A DNA stretch of 64,000 nucleotides, taken from Nannocystales bacterium. GTDB lineage: Bacteria > Myxococcota_A > Polyangia > Nannocystales > Nannocystaceae. A program made the translations under genes and the position numbers. Of the stretch, positions 32,696 through 41,966 are shown piece after piece. Within the stretch, counting starts at the first letter, position 1. Each line of letters starts with the position of its first letter. The notes below the pieces were generated by a model that searched no databases, was not told the DNA's origin, and was given only the letters and a program-made list of their open reading frames with translations. The stretch is taken from the NCBI GenBank assembly GCA_050633305.1, contig JBOEGF010000032.1, positions 224,001 through 288,000 of the forward strand, given 5' to 3'.

Positions 32696-34386
32696 GCGCT
32701 GCGACACCATGGTTGCTCGGGTTGGCTGTGCTGGCGCTCCCTGTGATCGCCGCCTACTTGCATCGCCAACGCCGACGCAAGCAGCCCGTCTCCAGCGCTC
32801 TGCTCTTCCGTGTCATCGCCGGAGAGAACACCCCAACGAAGCGCGCGCTCGCCCGGCCGCGACACCTGGCCTCGCTCGTGGTCATCCTGCTCGCACTGTT
32901 GACGATGGTCGCGGCTGCGGCCGACTTTCGGGAAGAGACCGCCAAACCTCGGGACTGGATCGTGGTCCTCGATACCTCGGCGAGCATGGGAGCGACCGTG
33001 CTCGGCTCCGACGAATCTCGACTCGACGAAGGCCGCGAGGCCCTGCGCAGTGCCCTGTCGACGATGGGACCCGGAGACCGCGTCGCGCTCATCACCGCGG
33101 GCGAGTCGACCGCGGTCCAAATCGGGCTCACCGAAGATCACGAGACGATCATCACTCTCGCCGCCGAGCTCAGTGCAAACGGAAGCAGCGAGGCCCTCCC
33201 GAGGGCGCTGACGATCGCCGATGCGATGGCGCAAGGCGAGGATGCGGAGATCGTCCTGATCACCGACGGTGTCGGGGTCTCCCTCCCGCAGATGAAGCGC
33301 GCCCCTGAGATCGTCACGGTGGGCAGCCCCGGACCGAACCTCGGCATCAACGCGCTCGCGATCCGTGAGGCCGACGCCCTGGGCCTGGCCGAGGTGTTCC
33401 TGTCCGTCTCCTCGAACGTCGGCTCCGATCGCGAGGTGGAGCTCGTCCTCGAGGTCGATGACACCGTCGTGGACGTTCTGCCGTTGACCGTTCCCAGCCG
33501 GAGCGCCGTGGAGAGCTTGCACCGCGTCGCGCTTCCGGAGGGGGAGCGGGTCAAAGCCACCCTGCAAAACCACGGAGACGACGTACTCGCGGTCGACGAC
33601 GTCGCAAGCACGCCGCGCAACGAGGGGGAGCGAGTCAGCGTCGTTCTCGTCACCAGGACTCGGGTGTCCTTCACCGCGGAGGCACTTCGCCTCCACCCGC
33701 GGGTCGACCTTCGCATCCTCGGCCCCTTCGACGCCGCGCCGACGGAAACGGCCGACCTCCTGTTGCTCGAGTCCGACTACCGTGCCGGCCCCCTACCTCC
33801 CGCACGCGCCGTGCTCGCCATGGGCGTCGACCCAACCGCGTTGGGCGTCGAACTCGGTCCATCGGTCCCTGCACCCGACATCATGCGCTGGAGCTTCGAC
33901 GACCCCCTGTTCCGCTTCGTGGACCTGGAGTCGATCGAGTTGCCGCGTGCCAACACCCTCCGACTTCGCGAGGGCATGCGCTCCCTGCTCGACAGCGAAC
34001 AAGGCCCGCTCGCGATCCACGTGCGAGAACCCAAGCGAGACGTCGTCGTGTTCGGATTTGCGCCCCACGACTCGGACCTGGTGTTGCGGGTGGGCTTCGT
34101 GAACCTGATTGCCAACGCCGTTGAATGGGCCGCCCCGGCCGCCCCGGACGACCCGGGGGCCCTGCCCGCGCAGGTGCTGCCCGCCACGGAATCCCAACTC
34201 GATCCCGTCCGGGCGATTCCAGGCGCGCTCCAGGGACACTTCGCCGAGCACACCGCACCGCAACGTCCGCTGTGGCGCACGCTCGCGTGGCTCGCCTTGG
34301 CGCTGCTCGTTCTCGAGGGACTGCTGCCGTGGGGGACACGCGGCTGGACGTGGGTCCGGAGCCGAATGCGCAGGGGCACCGCATGA
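32692..34386 (+). CDS. BatA-like N-terminal TM domain plus VWA domain protein
   Basis: PWLLGLAVLALPVIAAYL..R..VSSALLF, MIDAS-like VLDTSASM, LITDG, C-terminal TM; GTG overlaps the DUF58 stop codon. Confidence 0.85.
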   Translation: MSAATPWLLGLAVLALPVIAAYLHRQRRRKQPVSSALLFRVIAGENTPTKRALARPRHLASLVVILLALLTMVAAAADFREETAKPRDWIVVLDTSASMGATVLGSDESRLDEGREALRSALSTMGPGDRVALITAGESTAVQIGLTEDHETIITLAAELSANGSSEALPRALTIADAMAQGEDAEIVLITDGVGVSLPQMKRAPEIVTVGSPGPNLGINALAIREADALGLAEVFLSVSSNVGSDREVELVLEVDDTVVDVLPLTVPSRSAVESLHRVALPEGERVKATLQNHGDDVLAVDDVASTPRNEGERVSVVLVTRTRVSFTAEALRLHPRVDLRILGPFDAAPTETADLLLLESDYRAGPLPPARAVLAMGVDPTALGVELGPSVPAPDIMRWSFDDPLFRFVDLESIELPRANTLRLREGMRSLLDSEQGPLAIHVREPKRDVVVFGFAPHDSDLVLRVGFVNLIANAVEWAAPAAPDDPGALPAQVLPATESQLDPVRAIPGALQGHFAEHTAPQRPLWRTLAWLALALLVLEGLLPWGTRGWTWVRSRMRRGTA

Positions 34387-37019
34387 GCGCCCTTTCGACA
34401 TGGTTTCTCAGTCCCGGCTGGCTGCTGCTGCTGCTGCTTGCGCTCCTCTTTGTCGTCGCCGACGCGGTACGCAGCTGGGGCACAACGCCGCCGCTCGCCC
34501 GGGTCGGCGCTGGGGCGCTCCGTTTCCTGGCGCTCGCAGGCGTCGTCGTGGCGCTGGCCGACCCGCGGTGGCACGAGCGCGAGGACGTTGCCCATGTTGT
34601 CTTTGTCGTGGATCGCTCGGCGTCGATTCCCGACGCGGTGCTCGACGAAGCCCTGGCCCGCGCGGACGAGCTCGCACGAGCCGTGCCCGACGGCACCCGG
34701 ACGGCCCTCGTTCTGTTCGACTCGACGGCAGAGGTTGTCCTGGCGCCTGGCCAACCATGGTCGGTCCCCGGCCCGCCGCGGACCCAAGCCGTGGACGCGA
34801 CCGATGTGGATGCTGCCCTTCGCCTCGCACTCGGGCTCATCCCAGCCGCCGACGGCGGAGAGGTCGTCCTGCTCACCGACGGCCGACGCACCCAGCGCGA
34901 CACTTCGGGCGCCGTGGCCCAAGCCAAGGCGCGCGGCGTCGCCATCCACACGATCGCCATCGAGCCGTCCAAGGGCGACCCAGCGGTCGGCGCAGTGGTG
35001 TTGGCGAGTGAAGAGGCCCGGCCGGGCTCGTCCGTCTCCGGAACGATCGAAGTCGACGGCGCGAGCGAAGCCGTCCGGGGCACGTTGAAGGTCAGTGTTG
35101 GCGGCAAGCTCGTGCAAACCTCCTCGGTCGAGCTCCCCGCGGGGACCACGACCGCGGTGCCCTTCTCGCACGACCTCGATGCGAAAACCGACCCCGGACC
35201 CCTCGAGGTTTCCGCCGAGTTCATACCCAACCGCGCCGACGCGGATCCAGCCAACAACGTCTCCAGCGCAACCGTCCTCGTCGGCGACCCGCCTCTGGTC
35301 CGGGTCTTCACAGGCGAAGAGCACGATGGAACCGCACTCGCCCGCGCCTTGAGAGCCGAGCGCATGGACGTCCAGGTCGTCCCCCTTCAAACACTTCAGC
35401 CCCAGCACGAGAAGCTCGACGACGTCGATCTGGTCGTGTTGGCCAATGCCCCGGCGGCATCGATCGGCGGCGCAGCGGCGCTGCAGCCCCCGTTTCTGCG
35501 CGAACTGGCCCGCTATGTCGACAACGGCGGAGGCCTACTCGTCCTCGGCGGGCCCCAAGCGTACGACATGGGGGGCTACGGACAATCCGAGCTCGACCGT
35601 GTCCTTCCCGTCAAGATCGACCCGATCGACCCCGAGATCCAAGCCGGCGCCACCATCATCATCATCCTCGATCGCTCCGGGTCGATGTCCGCGATGGTGG
35701 GCTGGTCGAAGACCAAGATGGAGCTCGCCGACGAAGGTGCAGCGGCATCGATCAACCTCCTGCGCCCGTTCGACAGCGTGGGCGTGATGTCCGTGACGGA
35801 GACCGTCCGGTGGGAGATCAAGACCCAGCCGGTCCGCGATCCATCCGCCCTCAAGCGCAAGGTCATGCGCATCCGGGCCGACGGCGGCGGCATCTTCGTC
35901 TACACCGCGCTCGACGCCGCGTACGAGGCGATGCGCAAGACGAATACCCCGCTCAAGCACGTCATCTTGTTCTCCGACGCCGCCGACAGCGAGGAGAAGG
36001 TTAAAGGCGTTCCCTTTGGCACCGGCCCGGGCACCACGTCCCAAGACCTCGCCAAGCGGTTCAAGGCGGCGGGTATCACCACCTCGGTCATCGGCATCGG
36101 CACGGACGACGACGTCGACACCCCCTTCCTCAAAGACCTGGCCAAGGCCGGCGGGGGCCGCTTCTATCTCACCGCCGACGCAACGAAGCTGAGGGGATTG
36201 TTCGTCGAGGAGACCGAACGACTGGTGGATACCTCCCTTCACGAGGACCCCTTCCGCCCCGTCGCCGACCGCGGGCACCCGATCATCGAAGGCATCGACT
36301 ACGGTCGCGCGCCCAAACTTGGCGGTTACCAAGAGGTCGAAGCACGGCCCACCGCCGAGGTGGTGCTCCGTGGACCCGAGGACCACCCCATTCTCACGAC
36401 CTGGCGATACGGACTGGGGCACGTCGTCGCGTGGGCCTCCGACGCAGGACCGCGGTGGTCCGAGTCTTGGCTAACCTGGCCTGGCTTCGCCAAGCAGTGG
36501 ACACAGGCCGCTCGGTTCGCGCTGCGCTCGCGTGCCGGGGACGAGACCGCCGTGGAGGTGGAAGTCGCCGGAGGCCAGGCCCAGCTCCGCATCGCGCGAC
36601 GCGACACCGCGGGTCTGAGCCTGGACGAAGGCTCCATCCGGGCCCGCATCAAGGGTCGGTCCCCCGCAACCCCCGTGCCGCTGCACAGCCTCGAGCCAGG
36701 CCTGTGGGGGGGCCATGCTCCCGTCGAACCGGGTGAGGTCTACACCGTCGAGGTCCTTGGAGACGACGACGAAGTCTTGGCAACACACACGTTCACGCCG
36801 CCCCCGTCCTCCGAACGTCGGTTCCGAACCGCCGACCGAGCGTGGCTGAGCGCGGTCTCCGAGGCCACCGCAGGGAACATCGATCCGCAGGCGGTTGCGC
36901 CGACGGCGACGGCGGGAGTGACGACCGACGTCCACCGCCTGTGGCCCTGGGCCCTCGTGTTCTCGCTGCTGGTCCTGCCCTTCGACGCACTTCTCCGCAG
37001 AACCGCGCGGACCGTGTAG
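34383..37019 (+). CDS. Double-VWA membrane protein with glutamine amidotransferase-like domain
   Basis: VDRSASI and LDRSGSM MIDAS motifs; GATase-like segments GGGLLVLGGP and WRYGLGHVVAW; C-terminal TM. Confidence 0.85.
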   Translation: MSALSTWFLSPGWLLLLLLALLFVVADAVRSWGTTPPLARVGAGALRFLALAGVVVALADPRWHEREDVAHVVFVVDRSASIPDAVLDEALARADELARAVPDGTRTALVLFDSTAEVVLAPGQPWSVPGPPRTQAVDATDVDAALRLALGLIPAADGGEVVLLTDGRRTQRDTSGAVAQAKARGVAIHTIAIEPSKGDPAVGAVVLASEEARPGSSVSGTIEVDGASEAVRGTLKVSVGGKLVQTSSVELPAGTTTAVPFSHDLDAKTDPGPLEVSAEFIPNRADADPANNVSSATVLVGDPPLVRVFTGEEHDGTALARALRAERMDVQVVPLQTLQPQHEKLDDVDLVVLANAPAASIGGAAALQPPFLRELARYVDNGGGLLVLGGPQAYDMGGYGQSELDRVLPVKIDPIDPEIQAGATIIIILDRSGSMSAMVGWSKTKMELADEGAAASINLLRPFDSVGVMSVTETVRWEIKTQPVRDPSALKRKVMRIRADGGGIFVYTALDAAYEAMRKTNTPLKHVILFSDAADSEEKVKGVPFGTGPGTTSQDLAKRFKAAGITTSVIGIGTDDDVDTPFLKDLAKAGGGRFYLTADATKLRGLFVEETERLVDTSLHEDPFRPVADRGHPIIEGIDYGRAPKLGGYQEVEARPTAEVVLRGPEDHPILTTWRYGLGHVVAWASDAGPRWSESWLTWPGFAKQWTQAARFALRSRAGDETAVEVEVAGGQAQLRIARRDTAGLSLDEGSIRARIKGRSPATPVPLHSLEPGLWGGHAPVEPGEVYTVEVLGDDDEVLATHTFTPPPSSERRFRTADRAWLSAVSEATAGNIDPQAVAPTATAGVTTDVHRLWPWALVFSLLVLPFDALLRRTARTV

Positions 37020-37242
37020 CCGACGCCCCTGTGACGTCTAGGCGCCGCGCTCGGGCGGCGTCGGCACCCCTCTCGAGCGTGCTCCGCTCTCGCTGCGGAG
37101 TTCGGCACGCGACCCAACGCGGCATGCACCGCGGTCTGCCGAGCCGCCGGAACCTGGCTCGGAGGTGCCAATCTGGGAAGGGAATGGGCCAACGCGCGAC
37201 CCAATCGGCGCAAGCCCGCTGCGCTGGGATTCGGGTTTTCGT

Positions 37243-37258
37243 TGGCCCGAGACTTGCT
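37243..37258 (+). promoter_or_regulatory. Putative sigma54 (-24/-12) promoter
   Basis: TGGCCCG-AGAC-TTGCT matches TGGCACG-N4-TTGCW with exact GG-N10-GC spacing. Confidence 0.6.
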
Positions 37259-37271
37259 CAGTCAGGCAAGC

Positions 37272-38039
37272 ATGGCGCACTGCCACCGCCCGCCGCTCAC
37301 ACTCCTACTCGTCGCTTGGACTGCCTGCGGGGGTCCCAACGTCGATGGGGAGCCCAACCCGACGGAGGGCACCGCCGACACGACCCCGCAAGACCCCGAT
37401 TCGAACGGTGGCAGCTCGGAGTCCGGGACGCCCGCGACGGGAAGCTCCGGCGCCGAGACGAGTACGAGTACGAGTACCGGCATGGGCGCGCACGAGGGGA
37501 CCAGCACCGGCACACAGGACAGCGGCAGCAGCGGAGATGAGCCCCCGCCCGACTATGTGACGCCGCACTTTCCGTTGCAGGTCGGTCTCCAATGGTCCTA
37601 CCGACTGACGCGCACCGACGGCACACTCGGCGTCGACTGCCTCGACAACGGCGACATCCATCTGATGACCATCGCCACCGAGAACGCCGGTGTGTTCACC
37701 CGAACCGAAGCGCCCACGTGTTACTTCGACGTCCTCGAGTTCCGCATCGACCCACCGTACGTCGACGTGAACAGCGGCGCGTGGTACCGGCAACTCCTGC
37801 TCCCGCCTGCAGACGGGGCGACGTGGGCCGCGGGCGGAGCTTCCGGCGCCACATACATTTGGGATGAGCACCACCCAAGCTACAGCGTCGAGGCGGGCAC
37901 GTTCGACGACTGCTGGCGACGCAAACAGCAGGGCTACGACGTCTGGGAGATCTACTGCCGAGACGTCGGCATGGTCGAGTCCTACTACGACGCCTGGGGC
38001 AGCAACTCCCGCAGCGAGTTGGTGAGCTTCGCAGGCTGA
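37272..38039 (+). CDS. Hypothetical lipoprotein (Ser/Thr/Gly linker plus beta-rich C-terminal domain)
   Basis: Lipobox WTAC; S/T-rich linker; FPLQVGLQWSY...VEAGTFDDCW...YCRDVGMV pattern. Confidence 0.7.
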   Translation: MAHCHRPPLTLLLVAWTACGGPNVDGEPNPTEGTADTTPQDPDSNGGSSESGTPATGSSGAETSTSTSTGMGAHEGTSTGTQDSGSSGDEPPPDYVTPHFPLQVGLQWSYRLTRTDGTLGVDCLDNGDIHLMTIATENAGVFTRTEAPTCYFDVLEFRIDPPYVDVNSGAWYRQLLLPPADGATWAAGGASGATYIWDEHHPSYSVEAGTFDDCWRRKQQGYDVWEIYCRDVGMVESYYDAWGSNSRSELVSFAG

Positions 38040-38079
38040 GTGTTCGACCCACGCCGGCGCTTGGGGTAGCCTGCTCCGA

Positions 38080-39573
38080 ATGGACTGCGTGACGTTTCAC
38101 GTCAACGGTCGGGAAACCACGCTTCGCGACGTTTCCCCTACCACGACGCTGTTGCAGTACCTGCGCGGGCCCATGCGGCTGCCGGGTACCAAGGAGGGTT
38201 GTGCCGAGGGGGACTGTGGAGCGTGCACCGTCGTCGTCCTCGACGGCCAAGCTCCCGGCGGACCCCGATGGCGAGCCGTGAACAGCTGCCTGCTGCTCGT
38301 GCCGCTGCTGCACGGCAAACAGATTTTCACGGTCGAGGGGCTTCGGGACAAGCCCGGGGACGAGGGTCTTCATCCTGTACAGCGCGCGCTCGTCGATGCC
38401 CTGGGCTCGCAGTGTGGCTACTGCACCCCCGGCGTGGTGATGTCGATGGTCGAGGCCTGTCATCGCCCTGATCTCGATGCCGACTGGAAGCTCGACGATC
38501 AGATGTGCGGCAACCTCTGCCGCTGCACCGGCTACCGCCCCATCCTGGAGGCCACCCGCAACGTCGCAGGCCTCAGCCCAAGCGATCGCCTCAGCGCTGC
38601 ACGGGATGAGACGCCCAAGACCCAGCCTGCGCTCGACTACGGCACGGACAGTGCCCGAGGCGCACAACGGTTCTGGATTCCGACGTCCTGGGAGGCGCTG
38701 TTCGGGATCATCAGCGCGCACCCAGGAGGCCCCGAGAAGGTTCGTTTCATCCAAGGCGCCACCGATCTTGGCCTCGACGTCACCAAACACGGCACCCACT
38801 TCGAGGCGTTGATCTCCCTGCAGGGGATCGAGGAACTGCGAACGCTCGAGGTCGTCGGTACCCGATGGTCCGTGGGCGCCGGGGTCAAGCTGGCCGACCT
38901 CGAAGACGCCACCGACGACACACTGCCTCCGCTGTCTCGGATGCTGCGGTTCTTCGGGTCGCGGCAGATCAAGAACAGCGCAACCGTGGGAGGCAACGTG
39001 TGCAATGCGTCGCCGATCGGCGACCTGGCCCCGGTCTTCCTCGCGCTCAACGCCACATTCATCGCGCGAGGGGTCACCGGAGAGCGCCCCATCGCGGCGG
39101 ACGATTTCTTCACCGGGTACCGTACGACAGCACTGCAGCGTGGAGAGCTTCTGGCGCGGATCGAGTTCGACGCCCCGACGACATCATCGCGTTTCGCCTC
39201 CTACAAGGTCAGTAAACGGCGCGAGATGGACATCAGCGCGGTCGCGGCCGCGCTTCGTGTCGAAGTGGACGAGGACGACATCATCACGGACGCCCGGTTT
39301 GTCTACGGCGGCATGGCGGCAACACCGGCCCGAGCCCACAGCGCCGAAGCTGCCGCGATCGGCAGTCCATTCGTCGAGGCCACGTTCGAGGCGTGCGCCG
39401 CTGCCATGACCTCGGACTTCACCCCGATGAGCGATCACCGTGGCTCCGCCTGGTACCGCAGCACCGTCGCGGCGAACCTGATGCGCGGGTTCTATCTCGA
39501 GGTCTGCGGCACCCCGATGCCCCGCCTCAGCGACCGCCCCAGCGGCACTGTGCTCGGAGGGTCCCCCTCATGA
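38080..39573 (+). CDS. xdhA: Xanthine dehydrogenase small subunit (two 2Fe-2S clusters plus FAD)
   Basis: GTKEGCAEGDCGACTV, QCGYCTPG, GNLCRCTGYRPI, QIKNSATVGGN, ASPIGD, YKVSKR. Confidence 0.95.
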   Translation: MDCVTFHVNGRETTLRDVSPTTTLLQYLRGPMRLPGTKEGCAEGDCGACTVVVLDGQAPGGPRWRAVNSCLLLVPLLHGKQIFTVEGLRDKPGDEGLHPVQRALVDALGSQCGYCTPGVVMSMVEACHRPDLDADWKLDDQMCGNLCRCTGYRPILEATRNVAGLSPSDRLSAARDETPKTQPALDYGTDSARGAQRFWIPTSWEALFGIISAHPGGPEKVRFIQGATDLGLDVTKHGTHFEALISLQGIEELRTLEVVGTRWSVGAGVKLADLEDATDDTLPPLSRMLRFFGSRQIKNSATVGGNVCNASPIGDLAPVFLALNATFIARGVTGERPIAADDFFTGYRTTALQRGELLARIEFDAPTTSSRFASYKVSKRREMDISAVAAALRVEVDEDDIITDARFVYGGMAATPARAHSAEAAAIGSPFVEATFEACAAAMTSDFTPMSDHRGSAWYRSTVAANLMRGFYLEVCGTPMPRLSDRPSGTVLGGSPS

Positions 39574-41882
39574 AGACACAACCGAATCCCAGCTCCCCGT
39601 TGCACCAGCCCGCGCTGCACGAGAGCGGGGTCCGCCACGTCACCGGGGAGGCACGCTATGTCGACGACTGGCCGCTGCCCCCCGGAGCCCTACACGGTGC
39701 GGTCGTCACCTCCGCCCATGCCCACGGCCGCATCATCCGGCGCGACGCGGCTGCAGCGCGCGCAGTGGAAGGAGTCGCCGCCGTGTTCTTCGCCGAGGAT
39801 ATCCCGGGCACCAACCTCATCGGTCCCATCGTCCATGACGAGGAACTCCTCGCGTCCGCCAGCGTCCACTACGTGGGTCAACCGGTGGCCGTCGTGTTTG
39901 CAGCCGACCTGGAGACCGCGCAGCGAGCCGCAGCCTTGGTCGAGGTTGAAGTCGACCCCCTCCCCTCGCTCCAGAGCATCGACGCCGCGATCGAAGCCGA
40001 GAGCTACCTCGCGCCGCCGCATGTCATCGCGCGCGGCGACGTGGACACCGCACTCGGAGCATCGCACGCGTGTGTTCGCGGTGAAGTTCGGGTCGGCGGT
40101 CAGGACCACTTCTACCTGGAGACGCAGGCGGCCCTCGCCCTTCCGGAGGAGAACGGTTGCGTGACGGTCCTCAGCTCCACGCAACACCCGACAGAGGTGC
40201 AGAACGAGGTCGCGACGATCCTCGGCGTCGGCTCCCACGCCGTGGTCTGCGAGGTCCCGCGCATGGGCGGAGGCTTTGGCGGAAAGGAGTCCCAGGCCAC
40301 GCCCATGGCCTGCATGGCTGCGCTCGGCGTTCATCACACCGGGGCTGCCTGCAAGGTTTGGCTCGACCGCGACGCCGACATGCGTATCACCGGAAAGCGA
40401 CACCCCTTCCTGGGTCGCTACGAGGCGGGCTTCACCGAAGACGGGCAACTCACCGGCCTGAAGGTGGAGCTGTACTCGGACGCAGGCTGGTCTGCGGACC
40501 TCTCGCTCCCGGTCCTCGATCGAGCCCTGTTCCACCTCGACAACGCCTACTTCGTTCCCACGCTGCGTTTTCAGGGCTTGGCCTGCCGTACGCATCGTCC
40601 GTCCAACACCGCCTTCCGGGGCTTTGGCGGCCCGCAGGGCATGGTCGTGTTGGAGGAGGCGATGAACCACGGCGCCCGCGAGCTTGGGCTGGACCCCGCC
40701 CACCTGCGAGCCCAGAACTTCTACGGCGCCGCGCCGCGGGACCGCGCGCCCTATGGCCAAGAGGTCCCCTCCGAGCACAATCGCCTGCAAACGATCCACG
40801 ACTCGTTGATGGACACCAGCGACTACGCTGCCCGCAGAGCCGAGATCGAGGCGTTCAACGCCGGGTCCCGGTGGGTCAAGCGCGGCTTGGGCTACCAACC
40901 GATCAAGTTCGGCATCTCGTTCACCAAGAGCATCCTCAACCAGGCCGGCGCCCTGGTGCTCATCTACGCCGATGGCACGGTTCAGCTCAACCACGGCGGC
41001 ACCGAGATGGGACAAGGCCTGCACACCAAGATGCTCACCGTGTGCGCGCACGAGCTCGGCGTCACACCACAGAGCGTACGGGTGATGACGACCGCGACCG
41101 ACAAGGTGCCCAACACCTCGGCCACCGCGGCCAGCAGTGGCTCCGACCTCAACGGTCAAGCCGTCGCCTCCGCATCGGCACAGCTTCGAGAGCGCATGCG
41201 CCCGGTCGCCGCTGGCTTGCTCAAGCTCGACGCAACCGAGGCTGCCGAGCTTCGCTTCGAGGGCGGCGTCGTCACGCATCCCCCGAGCGCCAAGAGTGTG
41301 CCATTCGCCGAAGTCGCGACTCAGGCCTGGGTCGAGCGCGTCTCACTCTCGGCGACGGGGTTCTACGCGACCCCCGGCGTGGGCTACGACCACGCGACGG
41401 GATCCGGAACCCCGTTCTACTACTACGCGTACGGCGCCGTGGTGTGTGAAGTCGAGGTCAACGGGCTGACCGGCGAGCACCGCATGACCCGAGCGGACAT
41501 CCTCCATGATGTCGGGACTTCGCTCGTCCCGACGATCGACCGCGGCCAGGTCGAGGGCGGGTTCGTGCAGGGCGTGGGGTGGTTGACGTGCGAAGAGGTC
41601 CTCTTCCGCGACGATGGAAGCCCGGTGACCACGGGACCGAGCACCTACAAGATCCCGGCCGTGGGCGACGTCCCGCTCGACTTGCGTGTCGACCTCTTGC
41701 CCAAGGCACCGCAACCCGGCGTCGTCCACGGCAGCAAAGCCGTGGGAGAGCCACCGTTCATGCTCGCGATCGGGGTCGTCACCGCGCTCCGGCATGCTCT
41801 TGGTGGATTTGGCCGCGCCGACGCGACGCTCGTCCTCCCCGCCACACCCGAGTCCATCCTCAGAGCGGTCAGCGGAGCCTAG
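39570..41882 (+). CDS. xdhB: Xanthine dehydrogenase molybdopterin-binding subunit
   Basis: GGQDHFYLE, MGGGFGGKESQ, AFRGFGGPQG, GGTEMGQGL, TAASSGSDLNG, SKAVGEPPF; ATGA overlap with xdhA. Confidence 0.95.
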   Translation: MKTQPNPSSPLHQPALHESGVRHVTGEARYVDDWPLPPGALHGAVVTSAHAHGRIIRRDAAAARAVEGVAAVFFAEDIPGTNLIGPIVHDEELLASASVHYVGQPVAVVFAADLETAQRAAALVEVEVDPLPSLQSIDAAIEAESYLAPPHVIARGDVDTALGASHACVRGEVRVGGQDHFYLETQAALALPEENGCVTVLSSTQHPTEVQNEVATILGVGSHAVVCEVPRMGGGFGGKESQATPMACMAALGVHHTGAACKVWLDRDADMRITGKRHPFLGRYEAGFTEDGQLTGLKVELYSDAGWSADLSLPVLDRALFHLDNAYFVPTLRFQGLACRTHRPSNTAFRGFGGPQGMVVLEEAMNHGARELGLDPAHLRAQNFYGAAPRDRAPYGQEVPSEHNRLQTIHDSLMDTSDYAARRAEIEAFNAGSRWVKRGLGYQPIKFGISFTKSILNQAGALVLIYADGTVQLNHGGTEMGQGLHTKMLTVCAHELGVTPQSVRVMTTATDKVPNTSATAASSGSDLNGQAVASASAQLRERMRPVAAGLLKLDATEAAELRFEGGVVTHPPSAKSVPFAEVATQAWVERVSLSATGFYATPGVGYDHATGSGTPFYYYAYGAVVCEVEVNGLTGEHRMTRADILHDVGTSLVPTIDRGQVEGGFVQGVGWLTCEEVLFRDDGSPVTTGPSTYKIPAVGDVPLDLRVDLLPKAPQPGVVHGSKAVGEPPFMLAIGVVTALRHALGGFGRADATLVLPATPESILRAVSGA

Positions 41883-41966
41883 TGTCCCTGTCACCAGCAG
41901 CCCCCGCTCGGGGTCACGCACGACGGCGCGCGTTCGGTCGCTGCCCGTGCGCGTCCTAGAGCGGGC

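Noticed and set aside
30789..37019. MoxR/VWA genes as a CoxD/CoxE-like maturation system for the neighbouring Xdh
   Set aside because: The ATPase motifs and the DUF58/BatA partners fit MoxR-proper operons, and a separate gene with its own promoter intervenes.
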